From: a virus | DNA: 64,000 nt | Reading direction: 5' to 3' (one strand) | UHGV virus genome: UHGV-1366640 | Part shown: piece after piece, positions 1 to 9,566 of the stretch | Position numbering within the stretch: the stretch's first letter is position 1 | How the letters are laid out: each line of letters begins with the position of its first letter | Made by a program: the position numbers and the translations under genes | Notes under the pieces: generated by a model | The model's database searches: none | Seen by the model: only the letters and a program-made list of their open reading frames with translations | Told to the model about the DNA's origin: nothing

Positions 1-46
1 ATTCTCTTCTACTTTCTTATCAAAAGAACCTTGAGACCTATTTATA

Positions 47-81
47 TAAGAGTTAAATGAATATTTTGAGCGTTTATATTT
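47..81 (+). promoter_or_regulatory. Bipartite phage promoter, copy 1. Box 1 TAAGAGTT at 47-54, a 16-nt spacer, then box 2 CGTTTATA at 71-78. Lies upstream of the DNA polymerase gene.
   Basis: The same two boxes with an invariant 16-nt spacer recur 12 times in the window. All copies are on the + strand and sit 25-60 nt upstream of an RBS and start codon. Confidence 0.5.
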
Positions 82-115
82 GTGTAAGGAAAATTTATAT
101 TTAAGGAGATTATGT

Positions 116-3100
116 ATGATTTGTAATAATCAGGACTGTTCAAAATTTAAAGAAAATTGTAATATCCTTTCTCCGACTGGAGCAGAATTTCCAGATTTTT
201 ATTTTGTAGGACATGGAATTTCACAGGAAGAGATTAATAGTGGGATATTGTTTAATCCAGAGTCTTCAGATGGAAATGCACTTCTAAAATCTATCTTATC
301 AAGTTACGGAATTTTTGATCGTTCACGATTTGGAAAATTGACAGGCTGTGTTACTGAATATCGTAAATTTACAACAGAAGAACTTGAATTCTGTGCAAAT
401 AGGCTGTTATATGAGGATATTGTTAGATCAAATCCGAAGGTTCTTGTTTTGTTTGGAGCAAAAGTAGCAGAAGTTATTCTTGGAGATAAATTCATTTCAT
501 TATCATCACAGGGTGGAAGACTTCTTTCTTGTAAAATTCTTGGGAAAGAATTCAAGGTGATTTTGACATATTCTCCAGATTATGTTATATCATCAGGTAA
601 TGAAGATTCTGATGAAGAGAATCTCATATATACAAAGTTTGTAAATGATCTTATGTATGCATTGAAAGTTGGAAATGATGAAGTAGCTGATTTATCAAGA
701 AAAGATCTTGTAACAGCTCTGAATTTCGATGAGTTTGATGAGTATTGTAAGAGTCATATTGATAATTCTTCTATTGTTGCATATGATATTGAGACAAATG
801 CACAGCCTGTTCATTCTGCACAATTTAGAATTATTGGTTTTTCACTGAGTTCAAGCGTGAATTCAGGAGTCTATGTTGTTAGAAATTCACTTGAATATGT
901 TATACCGAATGAAGATTGGAAGAAGATTGAAGAACGACTTCTTGGAATATTGAAATCCAAAGAAAAGATTATTGTACATAATTCAATGTACGAAGTTCCA
1001 GCAACTCAAAATGTTTGGAATTATGAAATACAGAATTATGAAGACACTCTTGTTATGTCCAGACTTCTTCTTGGAGGTCGCTCTGGTGCAGGATTGAAAC
1101 TTCAGTGTCAGATTAATCTTGGATATCCTGAATGGGAAGCGGATCTTAATGACTATAAGGACGCTATTGATACATTACGAGTTATTATGAAACCAACACC
1201 TTCCGGGAAATCAAGAGAATGGTTTGATAAATTAGTTGAATTTGGAAATCTTCAAATGCTTGAAGAATATTGTGAAAAAGCAATAGAAGATGAGAAGAAT
1301 AATTTGGATGTCACTAATCTTTTCGAATTTGAGATTAAGGAAAAGTATAAGGATATAGAAAATAACAAACATGGTAAATGCGTGAAGGCAATTGAGTCAA
1401 TTAAGGATATTCTAAGGAAGTATTATGAGGATTCAGAATTTAATAAGATGTTATTCTCAGTCGGACTCGAAGTTATTTCTCTTGTTGAGTCTGGTAATTT
1501 TGGATTTCTTCCTTACAGTTCTATTCCAATGAAACTTCTTTCAAAATATGGTGCTATTGATGCAGTTGGTACATTTGAATTATACGGAGTGTTATCCAAA
1601 AGACTCACAGAAGAATCAACAGTAGATGTTGATCTTTGGAAGGGTTATGAAATAATGAAATCGCAGTTTGATGTTGCGATTTCTATGGAAATGAACGGAC
1701 TTTATTGGAACGATAAGGTTGCCACAGAAGAAAATACTTGGTTTAGAAAAGAAGCAGTTCAGTCAATAAAGAATTTATTTCTCAGTGGATTTCTTGATAA
1801 TAAACTTTTCGATAATGGAAAAGAAGAATGGACACGATATCTTTTAGAAAATAGTCCGGATGATATCATCATGGCACTTGGAGAAAAATTTGTTCCCTCT
1901 AAAAATGGTATTAAAAGAGAATCCGGTGGGAGAGAGATTCGATTTAATAAACTTCCAGAGATTTTCTCTGATTCATATTGGGAAAAACATAGAGATGCTG
2001 TTATATTTAACATGAAGAGAATGATTTTGGCTGACACTAATAAGTTAGATCATCTTAAATGGACTTGTGTTTATAATCCAAATTCTCCGAAACAGGAAGA
2101 TTTTCTGACATCAATTCTTGTGACTCCCGAGATAAAAATTGCAGCGATAATGTATTCCATAAAAATGTTGATGGATGAGCCATCATTTAAGCTTGAAAAT
2201 TATGGATCTGATGATGTTGACTTATTTTCTACGATATTAGATGCAAAGTCAATGAATGCTGCAAGAGCTGAATATAATGAATCAGATGAAGGAAAAGAAA
2301 ATCCTCTTCCTAAAATTACAAATAGAGAGATCTTTGAATCTTTTGCAAAAGTCATATCTGAGCCACGAGGATTTGGTGAAGATGTTAAGGAGATTATAAA
2401 ATTTGGTTCCGGTTATAGATTGACTGATGGTAGAGACGGAAGTATTATTCATCTGTCAGAATTATATAATCTTGCAGGGTATGACCCTGATCTTCCTGAG
2501 GATACATGGTCACCAGAGTTTTTCTTTTTATATAATTACAGAATCTATAAGAAATGTTTCAAAATGATCAGCACTTATATTGTTGGATCGAAAGTTGGTC
2601 GAGGAGCTGTTTGGGAAGTAAGTAGAGAAGATATCGATTCTAATTCAAAACTTCCAAGGAGATTGAATATCTATACAGGTTCTAAATCTGATGATAGAGA
2701 ATATATTATGCAGCCTTCTTATGGAGTTTGCACTGCAGGGAGTTTTAGATGGAAATCCGGACAGCACACAATTCCAGCAACATCTACCGTTAAGAATATT
2801 TACACATCAAGGTATAAGGGTGGTATCATAATGATGCCTGACTTTTCACAGCAGGAGCTTCGAGCAATGGCTGGTCTTTCAAGATGTCAGGCTCTTATAG
2901 ATGCATTTAGAAGTGGAGCGGATATTCATAAGCTGAACGCAAGTAAGATGTTTAATAAACCACTTGATGAAGTCACATCTCTTGAAAGAAGATATGCAAA
3001 ACAGTTTTCATTCTCAATTCTTTATGGAGCTACACCTGAAGGTGCTGGTAAAGATTATTTGAATGGAGATGTCGAAAGAGCAAGGGAAATTTTTGATAGC

Positions 3101-3772
3101 TTCTATGCAGCATATCCTGAAGTTAAGGATTGGATAAAGAAGAAGCACAAAGAAATGTTGTCAACAGGTCGTGTTTCTTGTGAAAATACAGGCATGTTCA
3201 TAAAACTTTCTGTGGATGATGCTCATGGAGATGTAGAAAAAGCAAAGAGGGAAGCACAGAATATGCCTTGTCAGTCATCATCTTCCAATATTGCCGGATA
3301 TATTCTTTCAAAGGTCAATAGATATATCAAAGATCATAATATGTGGACGAAAACAATTTTATTCATACACGATTCACTTGAATTTGATGTTCATCCTTCT
3401 GAATTCTTAAGATTTTCTGAATATCTTGGAAATGCACTTATAACAATCCCAGAAGAAGAGTTTGGTCTTCCTTGTAAGGCAGATCTTGCACTTGGACCTT
3501 CATTGGGTGAAGAACTGGAAGCATCTGATTTGAATCTATCTGAAGATAAGAATTCAGGCGAATTGACAATCGAAGGAGACATTGAATACTTTGATAAGTT
3601 GATACATCAGTTCAGACAGACCTATAAATTGGTAGAATATGAAGATATCGAAAAACCTGAAAATGTATACCTTCCTAAGAAAAGTATCTTTATGCCAAAA
3701 ACAACAGTATCAAAAAGATTTGGTACAACAACACAGAATATCAAACGTAGGGTTAAGTTGATCTATGAATAA
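116..3772 (+). CDS. Family-A DNA polymerase with an N-terminal UDG-like domain and a 3'-5' exonuclease domain.
   Basis: The true start is ATG 116 (MICNN...), 7 nt after the RBS AAGGAGA. The ORF-track start at 80 is an upstream in-frame extension. There is a UDG-family-4-like segment (FYFVGHGISQEE...GILFNPESSDGNALL) and an Exo I motif (YDIETNA). PolA motif A is DFSQQELR, motif B is RRYAKQFSFSILYG and motif C is IHDSLEFD. Confidence 0.85.
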   Translation: MICNNQDCSKFKENCNILSPTGAEFPDFYFVGHGISQEEINSGILFNPESSDGNALLKSILSSYGIFDRSRFGKLTGCVTEYRKFTTEELEFCANRLLYEDIVRSNPKVLVLFGAKVAEVILGDKFISLSSQGGRLLSCKILGKEFKVILTYSPDYVISSGNEDSDEENLIYTKFVNDLMYALKVGNDEVADLSRKDLVTALNFDEFDEYCKSHIDNSSIVAYDIETNAQPVHSAQFRIIGFSLSSSVNSGVYVVRNSLEYVIPNEDWKKIEERLLGILKSKEKIIVHNSMYEVPATQNVWNYEIQNYEDTLVMSRLLLGGRSGAGLKLQCQINLGYPEWEADLNDYKDAIDTLRVIMKPTPSGKSREWFDKLVEFGNLQMLEEYCEKAIEDEKNNLDVTNLFEFEIKEKYKDIENNKHGKCVKAIESIKDILRKYYEDSEFNKMLFSVGLEVISLVESGNFGFLPYSSIPMKLLSKYGAIDAVGTFELYGVLSKRLTEESTVDVDLWKGYEIMKSQFDVAISMEMNGLYWNDKVATEENTWFRKEAVQSIKNLFLSGFLDNKLFDNGKEEWTRYLLENSPDDIIMALGEKFVPSKNGIKRESGGREIRFNKLPEIFSDSYWEKHRDAVIFNMKRMILADTNKLDHLKWTCVYNPNSPKQEDFLTSILVTPEIKIAAIMYSIKMLMDEPSFKLENYGSDDVDLFSTILDAKSMNAARAEYNESDEGKENPLPKITNREIFESFAKVISEPRGFGEDVKEIIKFGSGYRLTDGRDGSIIHLSELYNLAGYDPDLPEDTWSPEFFFLYNYRIYKKCFKMISTYIVGSKVGRGAVWEVSREDIDSNSKLPRRLNIYTGSKSDDREYIMQPSYGVCTAGSFRWKSGQHTIPATSTVKNIYTSRYKGGIIMMPDFSQQELRAMAGLSRCQALIDAFRSGADIHKLNASKMFNKPLDEVTSLERRYAKQFSFSILYGATPEGAGKDYLNGDVERAREIFDSFYAAYPEVKDWIKKKHKEMLSTGRVSCENTGMFIKLSVDDAHGDVEKAKREAQNMPCQSSSSNIAGYILSKVNRYIKDHNMWTKTILFIHDSLEFDVHPSEFLRFSEYLGNALITIPEEEFGLPCKADLALGPSLGEELEASDLNLSEDKNSGELTIEGDIEYFDKLIHQFRQTYKLVEYEDIEKPENVYLPKKSIFMPKTTVSKRFGTTTQNIKRRVKLIYE

Positions 3773-3810
3773 GGCTGAGGAGTGCTCAGAAGCCACCAGA
3801 TAAAAGAATG

Positions 3811-3850
3811 AGTCAGGGTAATATAGCTATACCCTGACTTTCTTTATTTA
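3811..3850 (+). terminator. Rho-independent terminator. Perfect 10-bp stem AGTCAGGGTA/TACCCTGACT with a 9-nt loop, followed by a T-run.
   Basis: The inverted repeat was read directly. It sits immediately after the polymerase stop. It belongs to a conserved repeat family with copies at about 18.5 kb, 42.3 kb and (degenerate) 28.2 and 28.6 kb. Confidence 0.6.
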
Positions 3851-3892
3851 ATTACAGACACTCTGAGAACTCTCTAAATTTTCTCTCAAATT

Positions 3893-3927
3893 TGAGAGTC
3901 TTTTGAATAAATTGAGCGTTTACATTT
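3893..3927 (+). promoter_or_regulatory. Bipartite phage promoter, copy 2. TGAGAGTC, a 16-nt spacer, then CGTTTACA.
   Basis: Motif family. The downstream leader and RBS (TTAATTGAAAAGGAGATACACAATTATGGAT) are nearly identical to those of copy 3. Confidence 0.5.
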
Positions 3928-3965
3928 ATGTAAGAAAATTTTAATTGAAAAGGAGATACACAATT

Positions 3966-4757
3966 ATGGATGAATATTTGAAAAAGAAATTCAAACAGCA
4001 GGAGAAAATCAAACAGGAGGATTATCATCTCAGAATTCTTCATGAATTGCATGATACATATTGTAAGAAGAATTCTGATTATGGAAATTCATTCTCAGAG
4101 CTCTATAAACAGTATGGCATCATTTCTCCAATGATAAAACTTGAAGATAAGATGTCAAGACTGAGATCTCTCATCCGTGATGAAAACAAGATACAGGTGA
4201 AAACTGAATCAATAGAAGATACTCTTATGGATCTTGCGAATTATGCAATTATGACAGTACAAGAACTTCGTGGAGATTATCTTGGAGACATTATGTTTGA
4301 TTTCGACTATTCGGTTCTTCCAAAGATTGTAGCTGTTGATTTTGATGGAACTTTGGTAAAAGGAGCAACATTCCCAGATATCGGAGATCTTAATCAGTTG
4401 CTCTATGAAGAGCTTACAAATGGAGAATATAAGGATTATAGGAAAATTCTTCTCACAAATAGGTCGGGTTCAACTCTTGCAGATGCAATTAATTGGTGTG
4501 AAGAACATAATCTTCATTTCGATGCTGTTAATGATAACATTGAAGAGGTGAAGGATGCTCTCTGTGGAGGTCCTATCATGAAGCCATGGTTTACAGTTTT
4601 GATTGATGACAAAGCAATGTCAATTGATGAATTCGAGGAAAAATATACTGGCAAGAAGATGTATAATGATATTGAGGATATAAGTTCTACAGAATCTAAG
4701 ATAGACTGGCATAATGGTGCTCCAATTCCTTGTAATAGAAATGAAGAAATCTCTTAA
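3966..4757 (+). CDS. HAD-superfamily hydrolase, a putative nucleotidase or phosphatase, with an N-terminal domain of unknown function.
   Basis: The real start is ATG 3966 (MDEYLKK), 8 nt after GGAGA. HAD motif I is VAVDFDGTLV and a C-terminal motif IV is LIDDKA. The ORF-track N-terminus MKRRYTIM is read-through of the conserved leader. Confidence 0.5.
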   Translation: MDEYLKKKFKQQEKIKQEDYHLRILHELHDTYCKKNSDYGNSFSELYKQYGIISPMIKLEDKMSRLRSLIRDENKIQVKTESIEDTLMDLANYAIMTVQELRGDYLGDIMFDFDYSVLPKIVAVDFDGTLVKGATFPDIGDLNQLLYEELTNGEYKDYRKILLTNRSGSTLADAINWCEEHNLHFDAVNDNIEEVKDALCGGPIMKPWFTVLIDDKAMSIDEFEEKYTGKKMYNDIEDISSTESKIDWHNGAPIPCNRNEEIS

Positions 4758-4760
4758 ATT

Positions 4761-4795
4761 TGAGAGTTTTTCTTCATCTAACAGCGTTTACACTT
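4761..4795 (+). promoter_or_regulatory. Bipartite phage promoter, copy 3. TGAGAGTT, a 16-nt spacer, then CGTTTACA.
   Basis: Motif family, with a leader nearly identical to that of copy 2. Confidence 0.5.
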
Positions 4796-4832
4796 ATGTA
4801 AGAAAATTTAATTGAAAAGGAGATACACAATT

Positions 4833-5702
4833 ATGGATTTTCAAATCATAAAAACCGCTCCAACCTTCAAAACAGATTGGGCGGTCGGCTGGTACAAGAA
4901 TGCCAATGATGCTTGGCAGAATCTGTATTATGGTCTTAATGTAGATGGAGATATTAGATCTCCGAGAGGATTGAAGGTCAAAGAAACTCTTGGATGTGAC
5001 ATCTACATAATGAATCCTATGGATAATTTGGTGTACAACAGTTTCTATCCAGCATCACCTTATTATATAGCTCAAGAATATGAGTGGTATCATTCATATA
5101 ATAATGATGTTGAGTCAATCGCAAAATTTGCTCCATTTTGGAGAAAAATTGCTAATCCTGATGGAACTGTTAATAGCAATTATGGTTGCTATATATTCAA
5201 ACTCTATGAAGATGGTACGAGTGAATGGACACGATTGGTTGATTTATTAAGAAAGGATCCTGATAGTCGACAAGCAATCCTCCAGATTCCTATTACACCA
5301 TTTAAGAATACAAAAGATCTAACTTGTACATCAAGCTTACAATTTTTTGTGAGAGATAATAAAGTGTTTATGACAACATACATGAGATCAAATGATCTTT
5401 GTAAGGGTTTTAGAAATGATATTCCATTTTTCACATCATTGCAGATTGATCTTGCAAAAGAACTTGATCTTGAAGTTGGTTGGTACCGTCATGTTGTGGG
5501 TAATCTTCATATCTATGAACCTGATTTTATTGAAAATAGAATAGGTGAATTTAGATTTGAATGTATATCAGAATATAAATATCCTGACTCTGTGAGAGAA
5601 TATGACATTAAGCATGATTTTAATATTCTTAGAAAAAGAAGTGTTGATGGAGTTCAGAATTCAATTTTGAAATATATGGCAGAAAATTTTAATAGAAAGT
5701 GA
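4833..5702 (+). CDS. Thymidylate-synthase-family enzyme, a putative deoxypyrimidine (dCMP-type) hydroxymethylase.
   Basis: The real start is ATG 4833 (MDFQII). It has a ThyA-like core: LRKDPDSRQAIL (compare ThyA LKNDPDSRRII), a Cys in LTCTSSLQFFV (ThyA APCHAFFQFYV), and YMRSND (ThyA YQRSCD). In GFRNDIPFF, aligned to ThyA GLPFNIASY, my alignment places an Asp at the ThyA Asn177 position, the dCMP-hydroxymethylase-type substitution. That alignment is uncertain by one residue. Confidence 0.55.
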   Translation: MDFQIIKTAPTFKTDWAVGWYKNANDAWQNLYYGLNVDGDIRSPRGLKVKETLGCDIYIMNPMDNLVYNSFYPASPYYIAQEYEWYHSYNNDVESIAKFAPFWRKIANPDGTVNSNYGCYIFKLYEDGTSEWTRLVDLLRKDPDSRQAILQIPITPFKNTKDLTCTSSLQFFVRDNKVFMTTYMRSNDLCKGFRNDIPFFTSLQIDLAKELDLEVGWYRHVVGNLHIYEPDFIENRIGEFRFECISEYKYPDSVREYDIKHDFNILRKRSVDGVQNSILKYMAENFNRK

Positions 5703-5717
5703 GGAAGGTTTTACACA

Positions 5718-7253
5718 ATGAAAGCTATAAGATCGCAATTACACATGACAGCGTTGTATGCTCTGAAAAACACATCTTGTAATAAGCTTGCAGTCGGTGC
5801 ATCATTTGTACCAAATGGACATTTTCCGACTGTTTATGCATGTAATCGTAACGATGATTATTCTTGTAAAGAGAATGATAATTGTTATAAGGCAAGTGTC
5901 ACTGGAATTTATGAGTCATCTGAGGAAACAAGGAAATATTGTAAATCGATTCATGCAGAAATCAATCTTATCAACAAATTAAAAGAGATGTATCCTCATA
6001 AGGAAAGAAATCTTCTTTCTGATGGAACAGTATATGTTACAAGATATCCTTGTCTTGAATGTGCAAGAAATCTTATTCTGTATGGTGCTAAGAAGGTTGT
6101 CTATTGTGGAAAACAGGAAATCTCAGAAGAAGTAAAATCACTTTTTTCTCTTGTTAAAGACCTTGAAGTCGTTTGGGATCCTGAACTTGATTATGAATTC
6201 ACAAATGAAGATGAATATCCATGGTGGACAGACAAGTTTTACAACGAAGCATATGAAATCGTAAAAGATCGTCAAGCTCCATTTACAATAATTTCATATA
6301 ATAATCCTACATTGACAACATTGAAGCAGCTTTCCTTTGATAAGATGACAAAAGAGAATGGATGGAAGGGCATTGTATTTGTCAGAGAATCTCAGAGAGA
6401 GATGTATGAAGAAGCAACAATACAATATCCGACAGTTGAAGTTGTGTCATTTCCTGATGAACTGATTTCAAACGCAGGAGCAACACGAAGAGCAACACAA
6501 AAATGGATGTATATTCATGGGTATAATATTGCATTTCAGGCGGATGACGATGTAGGCAATATGGGATATCTTGTAAAGGGAAAAACAGCAGATGGCAGAG
6601 AGAAATCTGATTATGTTTCCGGGATTAATGGGAATATCGGAAGAGTCCTTGCAATGTGGCAGATTGCTATGGAAAAGACAATATCGGTTAATCCTAAAGT
6701 TGTTCAGTCTTGTGCGTCTGTTCAAGGTCTTGCCTTTGGTCTTAAAGAATGTCAAAAGGACATGTCATTGATATTTGGTACAGGATCTCAGGTTCAGGTT
6801 ATTTGCATGAATGTGAAGACACTCGTAGAAAATGATCTTTTTTATGCAGATAATAAAGATTGTGGACTCGATGACCTTGATATGACAGCAAGATGTATAA
6901 AATCAGGATTTCAGATAGCAAGATTTTCTTGGTTAATTTATCATTGTCGTCCAATGGGTGTAAATAGCCAATATGTTTGGTCAGAAGAACTTCATAGAGT
7001 AATCCCAGGAGAGCAGTTGAGAGCAAGATTCCAAGACTCTCAGACAAAACTCAAAGCACGGCATGGAGATGTTCCTTGGATTGCTTTTGAAGAAAAGAGA
7101 GGACTTCCTCAAACATCTTTTAGACCAATGAGAATTCGTAAGTGGCAGAAAGAGCAAGGATTCTATGGAGATTATGATAACTACAAATTTGATATATGGA
7201 AAGACGGTGAATTACTGAATGAAGCAAAAACTGGATATTCAAAAGAAATATGA
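5718..7253 (+). CDS. dCMP/cytidine deaminase domain fused to a roughly 360-aa C-terminal domain of unknown function.
   Basis: The N-terminal zinc-deaminase signature is HAEINLI ... PCLECARNL. The C-terminal two-thirds, including QADDDVGN, carries no motif I recognise. The start follows an RBS, GAGGAAGG. Confidence 0.6.
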   Translation: MKAIRSQLHMTALYALKNTSCNKLAVGASFVPNGHFPTVYACNRNDDYSCKENDNCYKASVTGIYESSEETRKYCKSIHAEINLINKLKEMYPHKERNLLSDGTVYVTRYPCLECARNLILYGAKKVVYCGKQEISEEVKSLFSLVKDLEVVWDPELDYEFTNEDEYPWWTDKFYNEAYEIVKDRQAPFTIISYNNPTLTTLKQLSFDKMTKENGWKGIVFVRESQREMYEEATIQYPTVEVVSFPDELISNAGATRRATQKWMYIHGYNIAFQADDDVGNMGYLVKGKTADGREKSDYVSGINGNIGRVLAMWQIAMEKTISVNPKVVQSCASVQGLAFGLKECQKDMSLIFGTGSQVQVICMNVKTLVENDLFYADNKDCGLDDLDMTARCIKSGFQIARFSWLIYHCRPMGVNSQYVWSEELHRVIPGEQLRARFQDSQTKLKARHGDVPWIAFEEKRGLPQTSFRPMRIRKWQKEQGFYGDYDNYKFDIWKDGELLNEAKTGYSKEI

Positions 7254-8433
7254 TTACATTATTGTGGGAGCAGGTCTTGCTGGTGCGACTTGTGCAAGGC
7301 TCCTCGCAGATGAGGGAAAGACAATTTTGATCATTGATTCAAGAGATCATACTGGTGGAAATTGTTATTCTGAACGAATGGATGGGATTGAGGTTCATCG
7401 TTATGGACCTCACATCTTCCACACAGACTCTGAGAAGATTTGGAACTTTGTAAATCGATATACAGTGTTTAATGACTACATAAATTCTCCAATCGCAGAA
7501 TACAATGGGCGATATTACAATTTACCAATCAATATGAACACATTGATACAGATTTATCCTAATGTAGTACCATCTCCAGATGCTATGACAGCAGAAATTT
7601 TGAAAGATATTCCTGAAGAGTATTTGGAATTCAGGAACGGACACAAGAAAGCAACCAATTTAGAAGAACATATAATTTCACAAGTTGGTACGAAGATCTA
7701 TAACACATTTATCAAAGATTATACAGAAAAACAATGGGGAAAAAGCTGCTCAGAATTATCTCCAGAGATCATAAAGAGAATTCCTATTAGAATGACTTTT
7801 GATAACAATTATTTTTCAGATAGATTTCAGGGGATTCCAAAATATGGATATCAAGATCTTTTTAATAAAATGTTGATAGATAATAACATAGATATTATTC
7901 TTGAATACAATGTTCAAGAAGAGGATCTTTCATATTTATTAGAACGGACGAGACAGTTTATCATATATACAGGAGATCTTAATGAAATTGTCCCTGAAAA
8001 TCTTCAAAGAATTCCTTACAGAAGTCTTAGATTTGATTTCCAGACTTATGATGCTTCTACAGATAAGTCGTTACCAAAAACAGCTGTCATTAATCATACT
8101 GGAAGCAATTCAAGGTACACGAGATCTGTTGATTACAAATATTTTGACAAAAACTGTCATCAAAGAAATTCAGTAATTGTACATGAAAAATCTGTTGAGT
8201 GGTACAAAGGATGGTTAATTCCATATTATCCAATTTTATCAGAAGATGCTCATTCTAAATATATGGATGCAAGAGATTATTTAAGATCTAAGTATTCACG
8301 ATTAAGATTCTGTGGAAGAATTGCAACTTATCGATATCTTGATATGGATGATACAATTGATAATGCATTCACTTGCGTCAATAACCTGAAATATGATTAT
8401 GTGAGGTGTGAAGAGTCCAGTGAAACGATTTAA
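7219..8433 (+). CDS. glf: UDP-galactopyranose mutase (Glf-like).
   Basis: The whole N-terminal half matches the UGM pattern: YDYIIVGAGLAGATCA, LIIDSRDHTGGNCYSE, VHRYGPHIFHT, YNGRYYNLPINMNTL and EKQWG. The start overlaps the previous gene by 35 nt and has GGTGA 8 nt upstream. Confidence 0.8.
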   Translation: MKQKLDIQKKYDYIIVGAGLAGATCARLLADEGKTILIIDSRDHTGGNCYSERMDGIEVHRYGPHIFHTDSEKIWNFVNRYTVFNDYINSPIAEYNGRYYNLPINMNTLIQIYPNVVPSPDAMTAEILKDIPEEYLEFRNGHKKATNLEEHIISQVGTKIYNTFIKDYTEKQWGKSCSELSPEIIKRIPIRMTFDNNYFSDRFQGIPKYGYQDLFNKMLIDNNIDIILEYNVQEEDLSYLLERTRQFIIYTGDLNEIVPENLQRIPYRSLRFDFQTYDASTDKSLPKTAVINHTGSNSRYTRSVDYKYFDKNCHQRNSVIVHEKSVEWYKGWLIPYYPILSEDAHSKYMDARDYLRSKYSRLRFCGRIATYRYLDMDDTIDNAFTCVNNLKYDYVRCEESSETI

Positions 8434-9550
8434 TCTATTGTATGTTTCAATTTCGTCTTTTTGGAAAACAGCATGTATCAAACCTTATTTGCATCATGAT
8501 GTTATTTTCAAATATCTCAATAGGATGATGCCTATTGATATTCACATTGCTCTTCCAATGCCTGGAACAAATTATCTTTGTCAATACCTTGAAACAGGTC
8601 GAGATTCCAGGATAATGAAGAGTTGGAAATCATTGCCATTCCATGTATATCCAGATTTGTATACAGGAGAAGTTGATGGAATGGTTATAAATGGGAGTGG
8701 TACATCAAATGAGCATGTTTGTGCAGATGGTACTGTTTTGTCGAAAGATATTATCGCAGATTATATTGTGAATCGAGCACTTTACTGCATGATGAATAAT
8801 CTTCCGATAATCTTATTTGATCCTGATAATTTTGTTTGTTCGCTTGATGGAGATAGCTCCAAACATCGTTGGATCAAAGATAAAACAAATTACACAGCTC
8901 GTGTTTATGAGCTTTGTAAAGACTATGAAAAGTTCACACTTGCAAGTCCAATGGAGTCTGGTACAGATGTACATCATCCAAGTGAGATCTTTGTTCCATA
9001 TACATTGGATAAGGAAATCAATGTGCCGATAAAACCTCTTTCAGAGAGACAGTATTTTACAAAATATGTTGGAAGCAATTATTACAGAGATCATTTTGTA
9101 CAATACTTCAATGAATGTTCAAAGATTGGGAAAACCCTTGTTGCAGGAGCAGGATGGACTCAATATTATGAATCTTATCCAGATATTGAGTGGAAACATA
9201 AATTCCCTCTTACAGCAGAAAATATTTATGATTTCTATAGTGATTCACAGATTGGTCTTTATGGATCTCCTCCTGCACTTGCTGATCGTGGACATTATAC
9301 ATTAAGAGTAAGAGACTTCTATGACAGTGGTGTGTTTGTTGTTCCAGAAGCAAAAGAGCATTATATAGAATCTATTTGTATCTCAGAGTATTTTTATACA
9401 ATTGAACATCTTCTCAATGGAATAAAATTTGGAGAAGGTCTGTCCGATGATGATTATGAAAATATTGTTAGAAAACAGAGAGAAGTCCTGATTAAGAAAT
9501 TTGATGGAGAACAGTATGCAGAGATCTTTGCAGAAAAATTATCAAAATAA
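8408..9550 (+). CDS. Hypothetical protein whose start is uncertain (GTG 8408 or an internal ATG near 8528). A possible partner enzyme of the sugar pathway.
   Basis: Long open frame. Its position between the UGM and the GT-like genes is the only functional hint. I recognise no motif in it. Confidence 0.35.
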   Translation: MKSPVKRFNLLYVSISSFWKTACIKPYLHHDVIFKYLNRMMPIDIHIALPMPGTNYLCQYLETGRDSRIMKSWKSLPFHVYPDLYTGEVDGMVINGSGTSNEHVCADGTVLSKDIIADYIVNRALYCMMNNLPIILFDPDNFVCSLDGDSSKHRWIKDKTNYTARVYELCKDYEKFTLASPMESGTDVHHPSEIFVPYTLDKEINVPIKPLSERQYFTKYVGSNYYRDHFVQYFNECSKIGKTLVAGAGWTQYYESYPDIEWKHKFPLTAENIYDFYSDSQIGLYGSPPALADRGHYTLRVRDFYDSGVFVVPEAKEHYIESICISEYFYTIEHLLNGIKFGEGLSDDDYENIVRKQREVLIKKFDGEQYAEIFAEKLSK

Positions 9551-9566
9551 CGAAAGGAAATTGTTC

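Noticed and set aside
304-3582. Small minus-strand and nested + strand ORFs inside the polymerase gene (for example 304-555, 1759-2037 and 3391-3582 on the minus strand).
   Set aside because: They lie inside a well-supported 1219-aa CDS with conserved PolA motifs and have no RBS.
116-3772. Looked for an intein or intron in the unusually long DNA polymerase.
   Set aside because: There is no CxxGDT block A, no HN-C/S/T junction and no internal stop or structured gap. The extra length is explained by the UDG-like and exonuclease domains.
3945-4835. Two consecutive ORF-track proteins begin with the identical peptide MKRRYTIMD.
   Set aside because: This is an artefact. The shared peptide is a translation of the duplicated promoter leader and RBS (TTAATTGAAAAGGAGATACACAATTATGGAT) in frame with the real starts at ATG 3966 and ATG 4833. 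It is not a conserved protein domain.
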